Positions 27,501 through 41,830 of a stretch of DNA of 64,000 nucleotides are shown here, piece by piece. Origin of the DNA: Eledone cirrhosa (lineage: Eukaryota); contig OZ024740.1 of NCBI GenBank assembly GCA_964016885.1, forward strand, positions 19,840,001 to 19,904,000. Direction: 5' to 3'. The notes below the pieces were generated by a model. That model was not told the DNA's origin. It saw nothing but the letters and a program-made list of their open reading frames with translations, and did not search any database. The position numbers were made by a program, and so were the translations under genes. Numbering within the stretch: the first letter of the stretch is position 1; the number at the start of each line of letters is the position of its first letter.

Positions 27501-29690
27501 AGTGATTCGACATCTAACAACTGATACAGTGTCCTCTCGACAGCTAACAACTGATGCAGTGTCCCGACAGCTAACAACTGATGCAGTGTCCTCTCGACAG
27601 CTAACAACTGATGCAGTGTCCTCTTGACAGCTAACAACTGATGCAGTGTCCCGACATCTAACAACTGATGCAGTGTCCTCTCGACAGCTAACAACTGATG
27701 CAGTGTCCTCTCGACAGCTAACAACTGATGCAGTGTCCCGACAGCTAACAATTGATGCAGTGATTCGACAGCTAACAACTGATGCAGTGTCCTCTCGACA
27801 GCTAACAACTGATGCAGTGTCCCGACATCTAACAACTGATGCAGTGTCCTCTCGACAGCTAACAACTGATGCAGTGTCCCGACAGCTAACAACTGATGCA
27901 GAGTCCTCTCGACAGCTAACAACTGATGCAGTGTCCTCTCGACAGCTAACAACTGATGCAGTGTCCCGACAGCTAACAACTGATGCAGTGTCTCGACATC
28001 TAACAACTGATGCAGTGTCCCGACAGCTAACAACTGATACAGTGTCCCGACAGCTAACAACTGATGCAGTGTCCTCTCGACAGCTAACAACTGATGCAGT
28101 GTCCTCTCGACAGCTAACAACTGATGCAGTGTCTCGACAGCTAGCAACTGATGCAGTGTCTCGACAGCTAACAATAGATGCAGTGTCCTTCCGACAGCTA
28201 ACAACTGATGTAGTGTCCTCTCGACAGCTAACAACCGATGCAGTGTCCTCTCGACAGCTAACAACTGATGCAGTGTCCCGACAGCTAACAACTGATGCAG
28301 TGTCTCGACAGCTAAGAAATGATGCAGTGATTCGACAGCTAACAACTGATGGAGTGTCTCGACAGCTAACAACTGATGCAGTGTCTCGACAGCTAACAAC
28401 TGATGCAGTGTCCTTCCGACAGCTAACAACTGATGCAGTGTCCTCTCGACAGGTAACAACTGATGCAGTGATTCGACATCTAACAACTGATTCAGTGTCC
28501 TCTCGACAGCTAACAACTGATGCAGTGATTCGACAGTTAACAACTGATGCAGTGTCCTCAGGACTGCTAACAACTAAAGCAGTGATTCGACATCTAACAA
28601 CTGATACAGTGTCCTCTCGACAGCTAACAACTGATGCAGTGCTCAGACAGCTAACAACTGATGCAGTGTCCCGACAGCTAACAACTGATGCAGTGTCCCG
28701 ACAGCTAACAACTGATGCAGTGTCTCGACAGCTAACAACTGATGCAGTGTCCCGACAGCTAACAACTGATGCAGTGTCTCGACATCTAACAACTGATGCA
28801 GTGTCCCGACAGCTAACAACTGATACAGTGTCCCGACAGCTAACAACTGATGCAGTGTCCTCTCGACAGCTAACAACTGATGCAGTGTCCTCTCGACAGT
28901 TAACAACTGATGCAGTGTCCCGACAGCTAACAACTGATGCAGTGTCTCGACATCTAACAACTGATGCAGTGTCCCAACAGCTAACAACTGATGCAGTGTC
29001 CTCTCGACAGCTAACAACTGATGCAGTGTCCCGACAGCTAACAACTGATGCAGTGTCCTCTCGACAGCTAACAACTGATGCAGTATCCCGACAGCTAACA
29101 ACTGATCCAGTGTCCTCTCGACAGCTAACAACTGATGCAGTGTCCTCTCGACAGCTAACAACTGATGCAGTGTCCCGACAGCTAACAACTGATGCAGTGT
29201 CCTCTCGACAGCTAACAACTGATGCAGTGTCCCGACAGCTAACAACTGTTGCAGTGTCCTCTCGAAAGCTAACAACTGATGCAGTGTCTCGACAGCTAAC
29301 AACTGATGCAGTGACCCGACAGCTAACAACTGATGCAGTGATTCGACATCTAACAACTGATGCAGTGTCCTCTCGACAGCTAACAACTGATGCAGTGTCC
29401 TCTCAACAGCTAACAACTGATGCAGTGTCCTCTCGACAGCTAACAACTGATGCAGTGTCCTCAAGACAGCTAACAACTGATGCAGTGTCCTCTCGACAGC
29501 TAACAACTGATGCAGTGTCCCGACAGCTAACAACTGATGCAGTGTCCTCTCGACAGCTAACAACTGATGCAGTGTCCTTCCGACAGCTGACAACTGATGC
29601 AGTGTCCTCTCGACAGCTAAAAACTGATGCAGTGATTCGACATCTAACAACTGATGCAGTGTCCTCTCGACAGCTAACAACTGATGCAGT
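24510..29690 (+). repeat. Related higher-order blocks with 3,294-bp offset (about 24510-26400 and 27804-29690)
   Basis: GATGCAGAG at ~24601/~27895, TTCCGA..GATGTAG at ~24913/~28207, and minus-ORF bounds 25279/28573 and 25349/28643 are all offset by 3,294. Confidence 0.85.
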
Positions 29691-32600
29691 GATTCGACAG
29701 CTAACAACTGATGCATTGTCCTCTCGACAGCTAACAACTGATGCAGTGTCCTCTCGACAGCTAACAACTGATGCAGTGTCCCGACAGCTAACAACTGATG
29801 CAGTGTCCTCTCGACAGCTAACAACTGATGCAGTGTCCCGACAGCTAACAACTGATGCAGTGTCCTCTCGAAAGCTAACAACTGATGCAGTGTCCCGACT
29901 GCTAACAACTGATGCAGTGTCCCGACAGCTAACAACTGATGCGGTGTCTCGACAGCTAACAACTGATGCAGTGTCCCGACAGCTAACAACTGATGCAGTG
30001 TCTCGACAGCTAACAACTGATGCAGTGTCTCGACAGCTAACAACTGATGCAGTGTCCTTCCGACAGCTAACAACTGATGTAGTGTCCGCTCGACAGCTAA
30101 CAACTGATGAAGTGATTCGACAGCTAACAACTGATGCAGTGTCCTCTCGACAGCTAACAACTGATGCAGTGATTCGACATCTAACAACTGATACAGTGTC
30201 CTCTCGACAGCTAGCAACTGATGCAGTGTCCCGACAGCTAACAACTGATACAGTGTCCCGACAGCTAACAACTGATGCAGTGTCCTCTCGACAGCTAACA
30301 ACTGATGCAGTGTCCTCTCGACAGCTAACAACTGATGCAGTGTCCCGACAGCTAACAACTGATGCAGTGTCTCGACATCTAACAACTGATGCAGTGTCCC
30401 AACAGCTAACAACTGATGCAGTGTCCTCTCGACAGCTAACAACTGATGCAGTGTCCCGACAGCTAACAACTGATGCAGTGTCCTCTCGACAGCTAACAAC
30501 TGATGCAGTGTCCTCTCGACAGCTAACAACTGATGCAGTGTCCCGACAGCTAACAACTGATGCAGTGTCCTCTCGACAGCTAACAACTGATGCAGTGTCC
30601 TTCCGACAGCTAACAACTGATGCAGTGTCCTCTCGACAGCTAAAAACTGATGCAGTGATTCGACATCTAACAACTGATGCAGTGTCCTCTCGACAGCTAA
30701 CAACTGATGCAGTGATACGACAGCTAACAACTGATGCAGTGTCCTCTCGACAGCTAACAACTGATGCAGTGTCCTCTCGACAGCTAACAACTGATGCAGT
30801 GTCCCGACAGCTAACAACTGATGCATTGTCCTCTCGACAGCTAACAACTGATGCAGTGTCCCGACAGCTAACAACTGATGCAGTGTCCTCTCGAAAGCTA
30901 ACAACTGATGCAGTGTCCCGACAGCTAACAACTGATGCAGTGTCCCGACAGTTAACAACTGATGCAGTGTCTCGACAGCTAACAACTGATGCAGTGTCCC
31001 GACAGCTATCAACTGATGCAGTGTCTCGACAGCTAACAACTGATGCAGTGTCTCGACAGCTAACAACTGATGCAGTGTCCTTCCGACAGCTAACAACTGA
31101 TGCAGTGTCCTCTCGACAGCTAACAACTGATGCAGTGATTCGACAGCTAACAACTGATGCAGTGTCCTCTCGACAGCTAACAACTGATGCAGTGATTCGA
31201 CATCTAACAACTGATACAGTGTCCTCTCGACAGCTAACAACTGATGCAGTGTCCCGACAGCTAACAACTGATGCAGTGTCCTCTCGACAGCTAACAACTG
31301 ATGCAGTGTCCTCTCGACAGCTAACAACTGATGCAGTGTCCTCTCGACAGCTAACAACTGATGCAGTGTCCTCTCGACAGCTAACAACTGATGCAGTGTC
31401 CTCTCGACAGCTAACAACTGATGCAGTGTCTCGACAGCTAACAACTGATGCAGTGTCCCGACAGCTAACAACTGATGCAGTGTCTCGACAGCTAACAACT
31501 GATGCAGTGTCTCGACAGCTAACAACTGATGCAGTGTCCTTCCGACAGCTAACAACTGATGCAGTGTCCTCTCGACAGCTAACAACTGATGCAGTGATTC
31601 GACAGCTAACAACTGATGCAGTGATTCGACATCTAACAACTGATACAGTGTCCTCTCGACAGCTAACAACTGATGCAGTGTCCCGACAGCTAACAACTGA
31701 TGCAGTGTCCTCTCGACAGCTAACAACTGATGCAGTGTCCTCTCGACAGCTAACAACTGATGCAGTGTCCCGACATCTAACAACTGATGCAGTGTCCTCT
31801 CGACAGCTAACAACTGATGCAGTGTCCTCTCGACAGCTAACAACTGATGCAGTGTCCTCTCGACAGCTAACAACTGATGCAGTGTCCCGACAGCTAACAA
31901 CTGATGCAGTGTCTCGACATCTAACAACTGATGCAGTGTCCCGACAGCTAACAACTGATACAGTGTCCCGACAGCTAACAACTGATGCAGTGTCCTCTCG
32001 ACAGCTAACAACTGATGCAGTGTCCTCTCGACAGCTAACAACTGATGCAGTGTCCCGACAGCTAACAACTGATGCAGTGTCTCGACATCGAACAACTGAT
32101 GCAGTGTCCCAACAGCTAACAACTGATGCAGTGTCCTCTCGACAGCTAACAACTGATGCAGTGTCCCGACAGCTAACAACTGATGCAGTGTCCTCTCGAC
32201 AGCTAACAACTGATGCAGTATCCCGACAGCTAACAACTGATGCAGTGTCCTCTCGACAGCTAACAACTGATGCAGTGTCCTCTCGACAGCTAACAACTGA
32301 TGCAGTGTCCCGACAGCTAACAACTGATGCAGTGTCCTCTCGACAGCTAACAACTGATGCAGTGTCCCGACAGCTAACAACTGATGCAGTGTCCTCTCGA
32401 AAGCTAACAACTGATGCAGTGTCTCGACAGCTAACAACTAATGCAGTGACCCGACAGCTAACAACTGATGCAGTGATTCGACATCTAACAACTGATGCAG
32501 TGTCCTCTCGACAGCTAACAACTGATGCAGTGTCCTCTCGACAGCTAACAACTGATGCAGTGTCCTCTCGACAGCTAACAACTGATGCAGTGTCCTCTCG

Positions 32601-34914
32601 ACAGCTAACAACTGATGCAGTGTCCCGACAGCTAACAACTGATGCAGTGTCCTCTCGACAGCTAACAACTGATGCAGTGTCCCGACAGCTAACAACTGAT
32701 GCAGTGTCCCGACAGCTAACAACTGATGCAGTGTCTCGACATCTAACAACTGATGCAGTGTCCTCTCGACAGCTAACAACTGATGCAGTGTCCCGACAGC
32801 TAACAACTGATGCAGTGTCCTCTCGACAGCTAACAACTGATGCAGTGTTCTTCCGACAGCTAACAACTGATGCAGTGTCCTCTCCACAGCTAAAAACTGA
32901 TGCAGTGATTCGACATCTAACAACTGATGCAGTGTCCTCTCGACAGCTAACAACTGATGCAGTGATTCGACAGCTAACAACTGATGCAGTGTCCTCTCGG
33001 CAGCTAACAACTCATGCAGTGTCCTCTCGACAGCTAACAACTGATACAGTGTCCCGACAGCTAACAACTGATGCAGTGACTCCACATCTAACAACTGATG
33101 CAGTGTCCCGACAGCTAACAACTGATACAGTGTCCCGACAGCTAACAACTGATGCAGTGTCCTCTCGACAGCTAACAACTGATGCAGTGTCCTCTCGACA
33201 GCTAACAATTGATGCAGTGTCTCGACAGCTAACAACTGATGCAGTGTCTCGGCAGCTAACAATAGATGCAGTGTCCTTTCGACAGCTAACAACTGATGCA
33301 GTGTCCTCTCGACAGCTAACAACTGATGCAGTGTCCTCTCGACAGCTAACAACTGATGCAGTGTCCCGACAGCTAACAACTGATGCAGTGTCTCGACAGC
33401 TGAGAAATGATGCAGTGATTCGACAGCTAACAACTGATGGAGTGTCTCGACAGCTAACAACTGATGCAGTGTCTCGACAGCTAACAACTGATGCAGTGTC
33501 CTTCCGACAGCTAAGAACTGATGCAGTGTCCTCTCAACAGGTAACAACTGATGCAGTGATTCGACATCTAACAACTGATGCAGTGTCCTCTCGACAGCTA
33601 ACAACTGATGCAGTGATTCGACAGCTAACAACTGATGCAGTGTCCTCAGGACAGCTAACAACTAAAGCAGTGATTCGACATCTAACAACTGATACAGTGT
33701 CCTCTCGACAGCTAACAACTGATGCAGTGCTCAGACAGCTAACAACTGATGCAGTGTCCTCTCGACAGCTAACAAAATATGCAGTTTACTCTCGACAGCT
33801 AACACCTGCTGCAGTGTCCTTTCGACAGCTAACAACTGATGCAGTGTCTTCTCGACAGCTAACAACTGGTGCAGTGTCCTCCCGACAGATAACAACTGAT
33901 GCAGTGTCCTCTCGACAGCTAACACCTGATGCAGTGTTCCGACAGCTAACAACTGATGCAGTGTCCCCTCGACAGCTAACAACTGATGCAGTGTCCCAAC
34001 AGCTAATAACTGATGCAGTGTCCCGACAGCTAACAACTGATGCAGTGTCTCGACAGCTAACAACTGTTGCAGTGTCCCGAAAGCTAACAACTGATGCAGT
34101 GTCTCGACAGCTAACAACTGATGCAGTGTCCCGAAAGCTAACAACTGATGCAGTGTCTCGACAGCTAACAACTGATGCAGTGTCCCGAAAGCTAACAACT
34201 GATGCAGTGTCTCGACAGCTAACAACTGATGCAGTGTCCTCTCGACAGCTAACAACTGATGCAGTGTCCCAACAGCTAACAACTGATGCAGTGTTCCGAA
34301 AGCTAACAACTGATGCAGTGTCTAAACAGCTCACAACTGATGCAGTGTCCCAAGAGCTAACAACTGATGCAGTGTCCCGAAAGCTAACAACTGATGCAGT
34401 GTCTAGACAGCTAACAACTGATGCAGTGTCTCGACAGCTAACAACTGATGCAGTGTCCTCTCGACAGCTAGCAACTGATTCAGTGTCCTCTCGACAGCTA
34501 ACAACTGATGCAGTGTCCCGACAGCTAACAACTGATGCAGTGTCCTCTCGACAGCTAACAAATGATGCAGTGTCCCGACAGCTAACAACTGATGCAGTGC
34601 CTCGACAGCTAACAACTGATGCAGTGTCCCGACAGCTAACAACTTATGCAGTGTCTCGACAGCTAACAACTGATGCAGTGTCCTCTCGACAGCTAACAAC
34701 TGATGCAGTGTCCCAACAGCTAACAACTGATGCAGTGTCCTCTCGAAAGCTAAAAACTGATGCAGTGTCCTCTAGACAGCTAACAAATTATGCAGTGTCC
34801 CGACAGCTAACAACTGATGCAGTGTCTCGAAATCTAGCAACTGATGCAGTGTCCCGACAGCTAACAACTGATGCAGTGTCCTCTCGACAGCTAACAACTG
34901 ATGCAGTGTCCTGA
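27646..34914 (+). other. Longest repeat-derived open frame (2,422 aa of RQLTTDAVS(S)); most likely a non-functional ORF, not a gene
   Basis: It starts at an in-repeat GTG, has no unique N- or C-terminus, and is bounded by CGA>TGA stops within identical flanking repeat. Overlapping antisense ORFs exceed 1,000 aa. Confidence 0.8.
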
Positions 34915-37900
34915 CAGCTGACAACTGACGCAGTGTCCCGACAGCTAACAACTGATGCAGTGTCTCGCCATCTAACAACTGATGCAGTGTCCCAACAGCT
35001 AACAGCTGATGCAGTGTCCCAACAGCTAACAACTGATGCAGTGTCCTCTCGACAGCTAACAACTGATGCAGTGTCCCGACAGCTAACAACTGATGCAGTG
35101 TCCTCTTGACAGCTAACAACTGATGCAGTGTCCTCTCGACAGCTAACAACTGATGCAGTGTCCCGACAGCTAACAACTGATGCCGTGTCCTCTTGACAGC
35201 TAACAACTGATGCAGTGTCCTCTCGACAGCTAACAACTGATGCAGTGTCCTCTCGACAGCTAACAACTGATGCAGTGTCCCGACAGCTAACAACTGATGC
35301 AGTGTCCTCTCGACAGCTAACAACTGATGCAGTGTCCCGACAGCTAACAACTGATGCAGTGTCCTCTCGAAAGCTAACAACTGATGCAGTGTCTCGACAG
35401 CTAACAACTGATGCAGTATTTCGACATCTAACAACTGATGCAGTGTCCTCTCGACAGCTAACAACTGATGCAGTGTCCTCTCGACAGCTAACAACTGATG
35501 CAGTGTCCCGACATCTAACAACTGATGCAGTGTCCCAACAGCTAACAACTGATGCAGTGTCCTCTCGACAGCTAACAACTGATGCAGTGTCCCGACAGCT
35601 AACAACTGATGCAGTGTCCTCTCGACAGCTAACAACTGATGCAGTGTCCCGACAGCTAACAACTGATGCAGTGTCCTCTCGACAGCTAACAACTGATGCA
35701 GTGTCCCGACAGCTAACAGCTGATGCAGTGTCCCGACAGGTAACAACTGATGCAGTGTCTCGACAGCTAACAACTGATGCAGTGTCCTCTCGACAGCTAA
35801 CAACTGATGCAGTGTCCCGACAGCTAACAACTGATGCAGTGTCCTCTCGACAGCTAACAACTGATGCAGTGTTCTTCCGACAGCTAACAACTGATGCAGT
35901 GTCTTCTCGACAGTTAAAACTGATGCAGTGATTCGACATCTAACAACTGATGCAGTGTCCTCTCGACAGCTAACAACTGATGCAGTGATTCGACAGCTAA
36001 CAACTGATGCAGTGTCCTCTCGACAGCTAACAACTGATGCAGTGATTCGACATCTAACAACTGATACAGTGTCCTCTCGACAGCTAACAACTGATGCAGT
36101 GTCCCGACAGCTAACAACTGATGCAGTGTCCTATCGGCACCTAACAACTGATGCAGTGTCCTCTCGACAGCTAACAACTGATGCAGTGTCCCGACAGCTA
36201 ACAACTGATGCAGTGTCTCGACATCTAACAACTGATGCAGTGTCCCGACAGCTAACAACTGATACAGTCTCCCGACAGCTAACAACTGATGCAGTGTCCT
36301 CTCGACAGCTAACAACTGATGCAGTGTCCTCTCGACAGCTAACAATTGATGCAGTGTCTCGACAGCTAACAACTGATGCAGTGTCTCGGCAGCTAACAAT
36401 AGATGCAGTGTCCTTCCGACAGCTAACAACTGATGCAGTGTCCTCTCGACAGCTAACAACTGATGCAGTGTCCTCTCGACAGCTAACAACTGATGCAGTG
36501 TCCCGACAGCTAACAACTGATGCAGTGTCTCGACAGCTGAGAAATGATGCAGTGATTCGACAGCTAACAATTGATGGAGTGTCTCGACAGCTAACAACTG
36601 ATGCAGTGTCTCGACAGCTAACAACTGATGCAGTGTCCTTCCGAAAGCTAACAACTGATGCAGTGTCCTCTCGACAGGTAACAACTGATGCAGTGATTCG
36701 ACATCTAACAACTGATGCAGTGTCCTCTCGACAGCTAACAACTGATGCAGTGATTCGACAGCTAACAACTGATGCAGTGTCCTCAGGACAGCTAACAACT
36801 AAAGCAGTGATTCGACATCTAACAACTGATACAGTGTCCTCTCGACAGCTAACAACTGATGCAGTGCTCAGACAGCTAACAACTGATGCAGTGTCCTCTC
36901 GACAGCTAACAAAATATGCAGTTTCCTCTCGACAGCTAACACCTGATGCAGTGTCCTTTCGACAGCTAACAACTGATGCAGTGTCCTCTCGACAGCTAAC
37001 AAAATATGCAGTTTCTTCTCGACAGCTAACAACTGGTGCAGTGTCCTCCCGACAGATAACAACTGATGCAGTGTCCTCTCGACAGCTAACAACTGATGCA
37101 GTGTTCCGACAGCTAACAACTGATGCAGTGTCCCCTCGACAGCTAACAACTGATACAGTGTCCCAACAGCTAATAACTGATGCAGTGTCCCGAAAGCTAA
37201 CAACTGATGCAGTGTCTCGACAGCTAACAACTGATGCAGTGTCCCGAAAGCTAACAACTGATGCAGTGTCTCGACAGCTAACAACTGATGCAGTGTCCCG
37301 AAAGCTAACAACTGATGCAGTGTCTCGACAGCTAACAACTGATGCAGTGTCCCAACAGCTAACAACTGATGCAGTGTCCCGAAAGCTAACAACTGATGCA
37401 GTGTCTAGACAGCTAACAACTGATGCAGTGTCTCGACAGCTAACAACTGATGCAATGTCCTCTCGACAGCTAGCAACTGATTCAGTGTCCTCTCGACAGC
37501 TAACAACTGATGCAGTGTCCCGACAGCTAACAACTTATGCAGTGTCCTCTCGACAGCTAACAACTGATGCAGTGTCCCGACAGCTAACAACTGATGCAGT
37601 GCCTCGACAGCTAACAACTGCTGCAGTGTCCCGACAGCTAACAACTGATGCAGTGTCTCGACAGCTAACAACTGATGCAGTGTCCTCTCGACAGCTAACA
37701 ACTGATGCAGTGTCCCAACAGCTAACAACTGATGCAGTGTCCTCTCGAAAGCTAAAAACTGATGCAGTGTCCTCTAGACAGCTAACAAATTATGCAGTGT
37801 CCCGACAGCTAACAACTGATGCAGTGTCCTCTCGACAGCTAACAACTGATGCAGTGTCCTGACAGCTGACAACTGACGCAGTGTCCCGACAGCTAACAAC

Positions 37901-40900
37901 TGATGCAGTGTCTCGCCATCTAACAACTGATGCAGTGTCCCAACAGCTAACAGCTGATGCAGTGTCCCAACAGCTAACAACTGATGCAGTGTCCTCTCGA
38001 CAGCTAACAACTGATGCAGTGTCCCGACAGCTAACAACTGATGCAGTGTCCTCTTGACAGCTAACAACTGATGCAGTGTCCTCTCGACAGCTAACAACTG
38101 ATGCAGTGTCCCCACAGCTAACAACTTATGCATTGTTCTCTTGACAGCTAACAACTGATGCAGTGTCCTCTCGACAGCTAACAACTGATGCAGTGTCCCG
38201 ACATCTAACAACTGATGCAGTGTCCCGACAGCTAACAACTGATGCAGTGCTCAGACAGCTAACAACTTATGCAGTGCTCAGACAGCTAACAACTGATGCA
38301 GTGTCCTCTCGACAGCTAACAACTGATGCAGTGTCTTCTCGACAGCTAACATCTGATGCAGTGTCTCGACAGCTAACAACTGATGCAGTGTCCACGCAGG
38401 TAACAACTGATGCAGTGTCCTCTCGACAGCTAACAACTTATGCAGTGTCCTCTCGACAGCTAACAACTGATGTAGTGTCCTTTCGACAGCTAACAACTGA
38501 TGAAGTGTCCTCTCGACAGCTAACAACTGATGCAATGTCCTCTATACAGCTAACAACTTATGCAGTGTCCTCTCGACAGCTAACAACTGATGCAGTGTCC
38601 TCTGGACAGCTAACAACTGATGCAGTGTCCCGACATCTAACAACTGATGCAGTGTCCCAACAGCTAACAACTGATGCAGTGTCCTCTCGACAGCTAACAA
38701 CTGATGCAGTGTCCCGACAGCTAACAACTGATGCAGTGTCCCAACAGCTAACAACTGATGCAGTGTCCTCTCGACAGCTAACAACTGATGCAGTGTCCCG
38801 ACAGCTAGCAACTGATGCAGTGTCCTCTCGACAGCTAACAACTGATGCAGTGTCCTCTCGACAGCTAACAACTGATGTAGTGTCCTCTCGACAGCTAACA
38901 ACTGATGCAGTGTCCCGACAGCTAACAACTGATGCAGTGTCCTCTCGACAGCTAACAACTGATGCAGTGTCCCGACAGCTAACAACTGATGCAGTGTCCT
39001 CTCGAAATCTAACAACTGATGCAGTGTCCCGACAGCTAACAACTGATGCAGTGTCTCGACAGCTAACAACTGATGCAGTGTCCAGGCAGCTAACAGCTGA
39101 TGCAGTGTCTCGACAGCTAACAACTGATGCAGTGTCTCGACAGCTAACAACTGATGCAGTGTCCTTCCGACAGCTAACAACTGATGCAGTGTCCTCTCGA
39201 CAGCTAACAACTGATGCAGTGATTCGACAGCTAACAACTGATGCAGTGTCCTCTCGACAGCTAACAACTGATGCAGTGTCTCGACAGCTAACAACTGATG
39301 CAGTGTCCTCTCGACAGCTAACAACTGATGCAGTGTCCCGACAGCTAACAACTGATGCAATGTCCTCTCGACAGCTAACAACTGATGCAGTGTTCTTCCG
39401 ACAGCTAACAACTGATGCAGTGTCCTCTCGACAGCTAAAAACTGATGCAGTGATTCGACATCTAACAACTGATGCAGTGTCCTCTCGACAGCTAACAACT
39501 GATGCAGTGATTCGACAGCTAACAACTGATGCAGTGTCCTCTCGACAGCTAACAACTGATGCAGTGATTCGACATCTAACAACTGATACAGTGTCCTCGC
39601 GACAGTTAACAACTGATGCAGTGTCCCGACAGCTAACAACTGATGCAGTGTCCTCTCGGCAGCTAACAACTGATGCAGTGTCCTCTCGACAGCTAACAAC
39701 TGATGCAGTGTCCCGACAGCTAACAACTGATGCAGTGTCTCGACATCTAACAACTGATTCAGTGTCCCGACAGCTAACAACTGATACAGTGTCCCGACAG
39801 CTAACAACTGATGCAGTGTCCTCTCGACAGCTAACAACTGATGCAGTGTCCTCTCGACAGCTAACAATTGATGCAGTGTCTCGACAGCTAACAACTGATG
39901 CAGTGTCTCGGCAGCTAACAATAGATGCAGTGTTCTCTCGACAGCTAACAACTGATGCAGTGTCCTTCCGACAGCTAACAACTGATGCAGTGTCCTCTCG
40001 ACAGCTAACAACTGATGCAGTGTCCTCTCGACAGCTAACAACTGATGCAGTGTCCCGACAGCTAACAACTGATGCAGTGTCTCGACAGCTGAGAAATGAT
40101 GCAGTGATTCGACAGCTAACAACTGATGGAGTGTCTCGACAGCTAACAACTGATGCAGTGTCTCGACAGCTAACAACTGATGCAGTGTCCTTCCGACAGC
40201 TAACAACTGATGCAGTGTCCTCTCGACAGGTAACAACTGATGCAGTGATTCGACATCTAACAACTGATGCAGTGTCCTCTCGACAGCTAACAACTGATGC
40301 AGTGATTCGACAGCTAACAACTGATGCAGTGTCCTCAGGACAGCTAACAACTAAAGCAGTGATTCGACATCTAACAACTGATACAGTGTCCTCTCGACAG
40401 CTAACAACTGATGCAGTGCTCAGACAGCTAACAACTGATGCAGTGTCCTCTCGACAGCTAACAAAATATGCAGTTTCTTCTCGACAGCTAACAACTGGTG
40501 CAGTGTCCTCCCGACAGATAACAACTGATGCAGTGTCCTCTCGACAGCTAACAACTGATGCAGTGTTCCGACAGCTAACAACTAATGCAGTGTCCCCACG
40601 ACAGCTAACAACTGATGCAGTGTCCCAACAGCTAATAACTGATGCAGTGTCCCGACAACTAACAACTGATGCAGTGTCTCGACAGCTAACAACTGTTGCA
40701 GTGTCCCGAAAGCTAACAACTGATGCAGTGTCTCGACAGCTAACAACTGATGCAGTGTCCCGAAAGCTAACAACTGATGCAGTGTCTCGACAGCTAACAA
40801 CTGATGCAGTGTCCCGAAAGCTAACAACTGATGCAGTGTCTCGACAGCTAACAACTGATGCAGTGTATTCTCGACAGCTAACAACTGATGCAGTGTCTAG

Positions 40901-41830
40901 ACAGCTAACAACTGATGCAGTGTCCCAACAGCTAACAACTGAAGCAGTGTCCCGAAAGCTAACAACTGATGCAGTGTCTAGACAGCTAACAACTGATGCA
41001 GTGTCTCGACAGCTAACAACTGATGCAGTGTCCTCTCGACAGCTAGCAACTGATGCAGTGTCCTCTCGACAGCTAGCAACTGATTCAGTGTCCTCTCGAC
41101 AGCTAACAACTGATGCAGTGTCCCGACAGCTAACAACTGATGCAGTGTCCTCTCGACAGCTAGCAACTGATGCAGTGTCCCGACAGCGAACAACTGATGC
41201 AGTGCCTCGACAGCTAACAACTGCTGCAGTGTCCCGACTGCTAACAACTGATGCAGTGTCTCGACAGCTAACAACTGATGCAGTGTCCTCTCGACAGCTA
41301 ACAACTGATGCAGTGTCCCAACAGCTAATAACTGATGCAGTGTCCTCTCGAAAGCTAAAAACTGATGCAGTGTCCTCTAGACAGCTAACAAACTATGCAG
41401 TGTCCCGACAGCTAACAACTGATGCAGTGTCTCGAAATCTAACAACTGATGCAGTGTCCCGACAGCTAACAACTGATGCAGTGTCCTCTCGACAGCTAAC
41501 AACTGATGCAGTGTCCTGACAGCTGACAACTGACGCAGTGTCCCGACAGCTAGCAACTGATGCAGTGTCTCGCCATCTAACAACTGATGCAGTGTCCCAA
41601 CAGCTAACAGCTGATGCAGTGTCCCAACAGCTAACAACTGATGCAGTGTCCTCTCGACAGCTAACAACTGATGCAGTGTCCCGACAGCTAACAACTGATG
41701 CAGTGTCCTCTTGACAGCTAACAACTGATGCAGTGTCCTCTCGACAGCTAACAACTGATGCAGTGTCCCGACAGCTAACAACTGATGCAGTGTCCTCTTG
41801 ACAGCTAACAACTGATGCAGTGTCCTCTCG
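33100..41830 (+). repeat. Three diverged higher-order copies (spacing 2,948 and 3,657 bp)
   Basis: The private signature TCCTGACAGCTGACAACTGACGCAG...TCTCGCCATCTA occurs at ~34909, ~37857 and ~41514 (+ ORF stops at 34914, 37862, 41519). Each is preceded by GTGCCTCGA and AAGCTAAAAACT...TCTAGA...AA(T/C)TAT. Confidence 0.87.
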
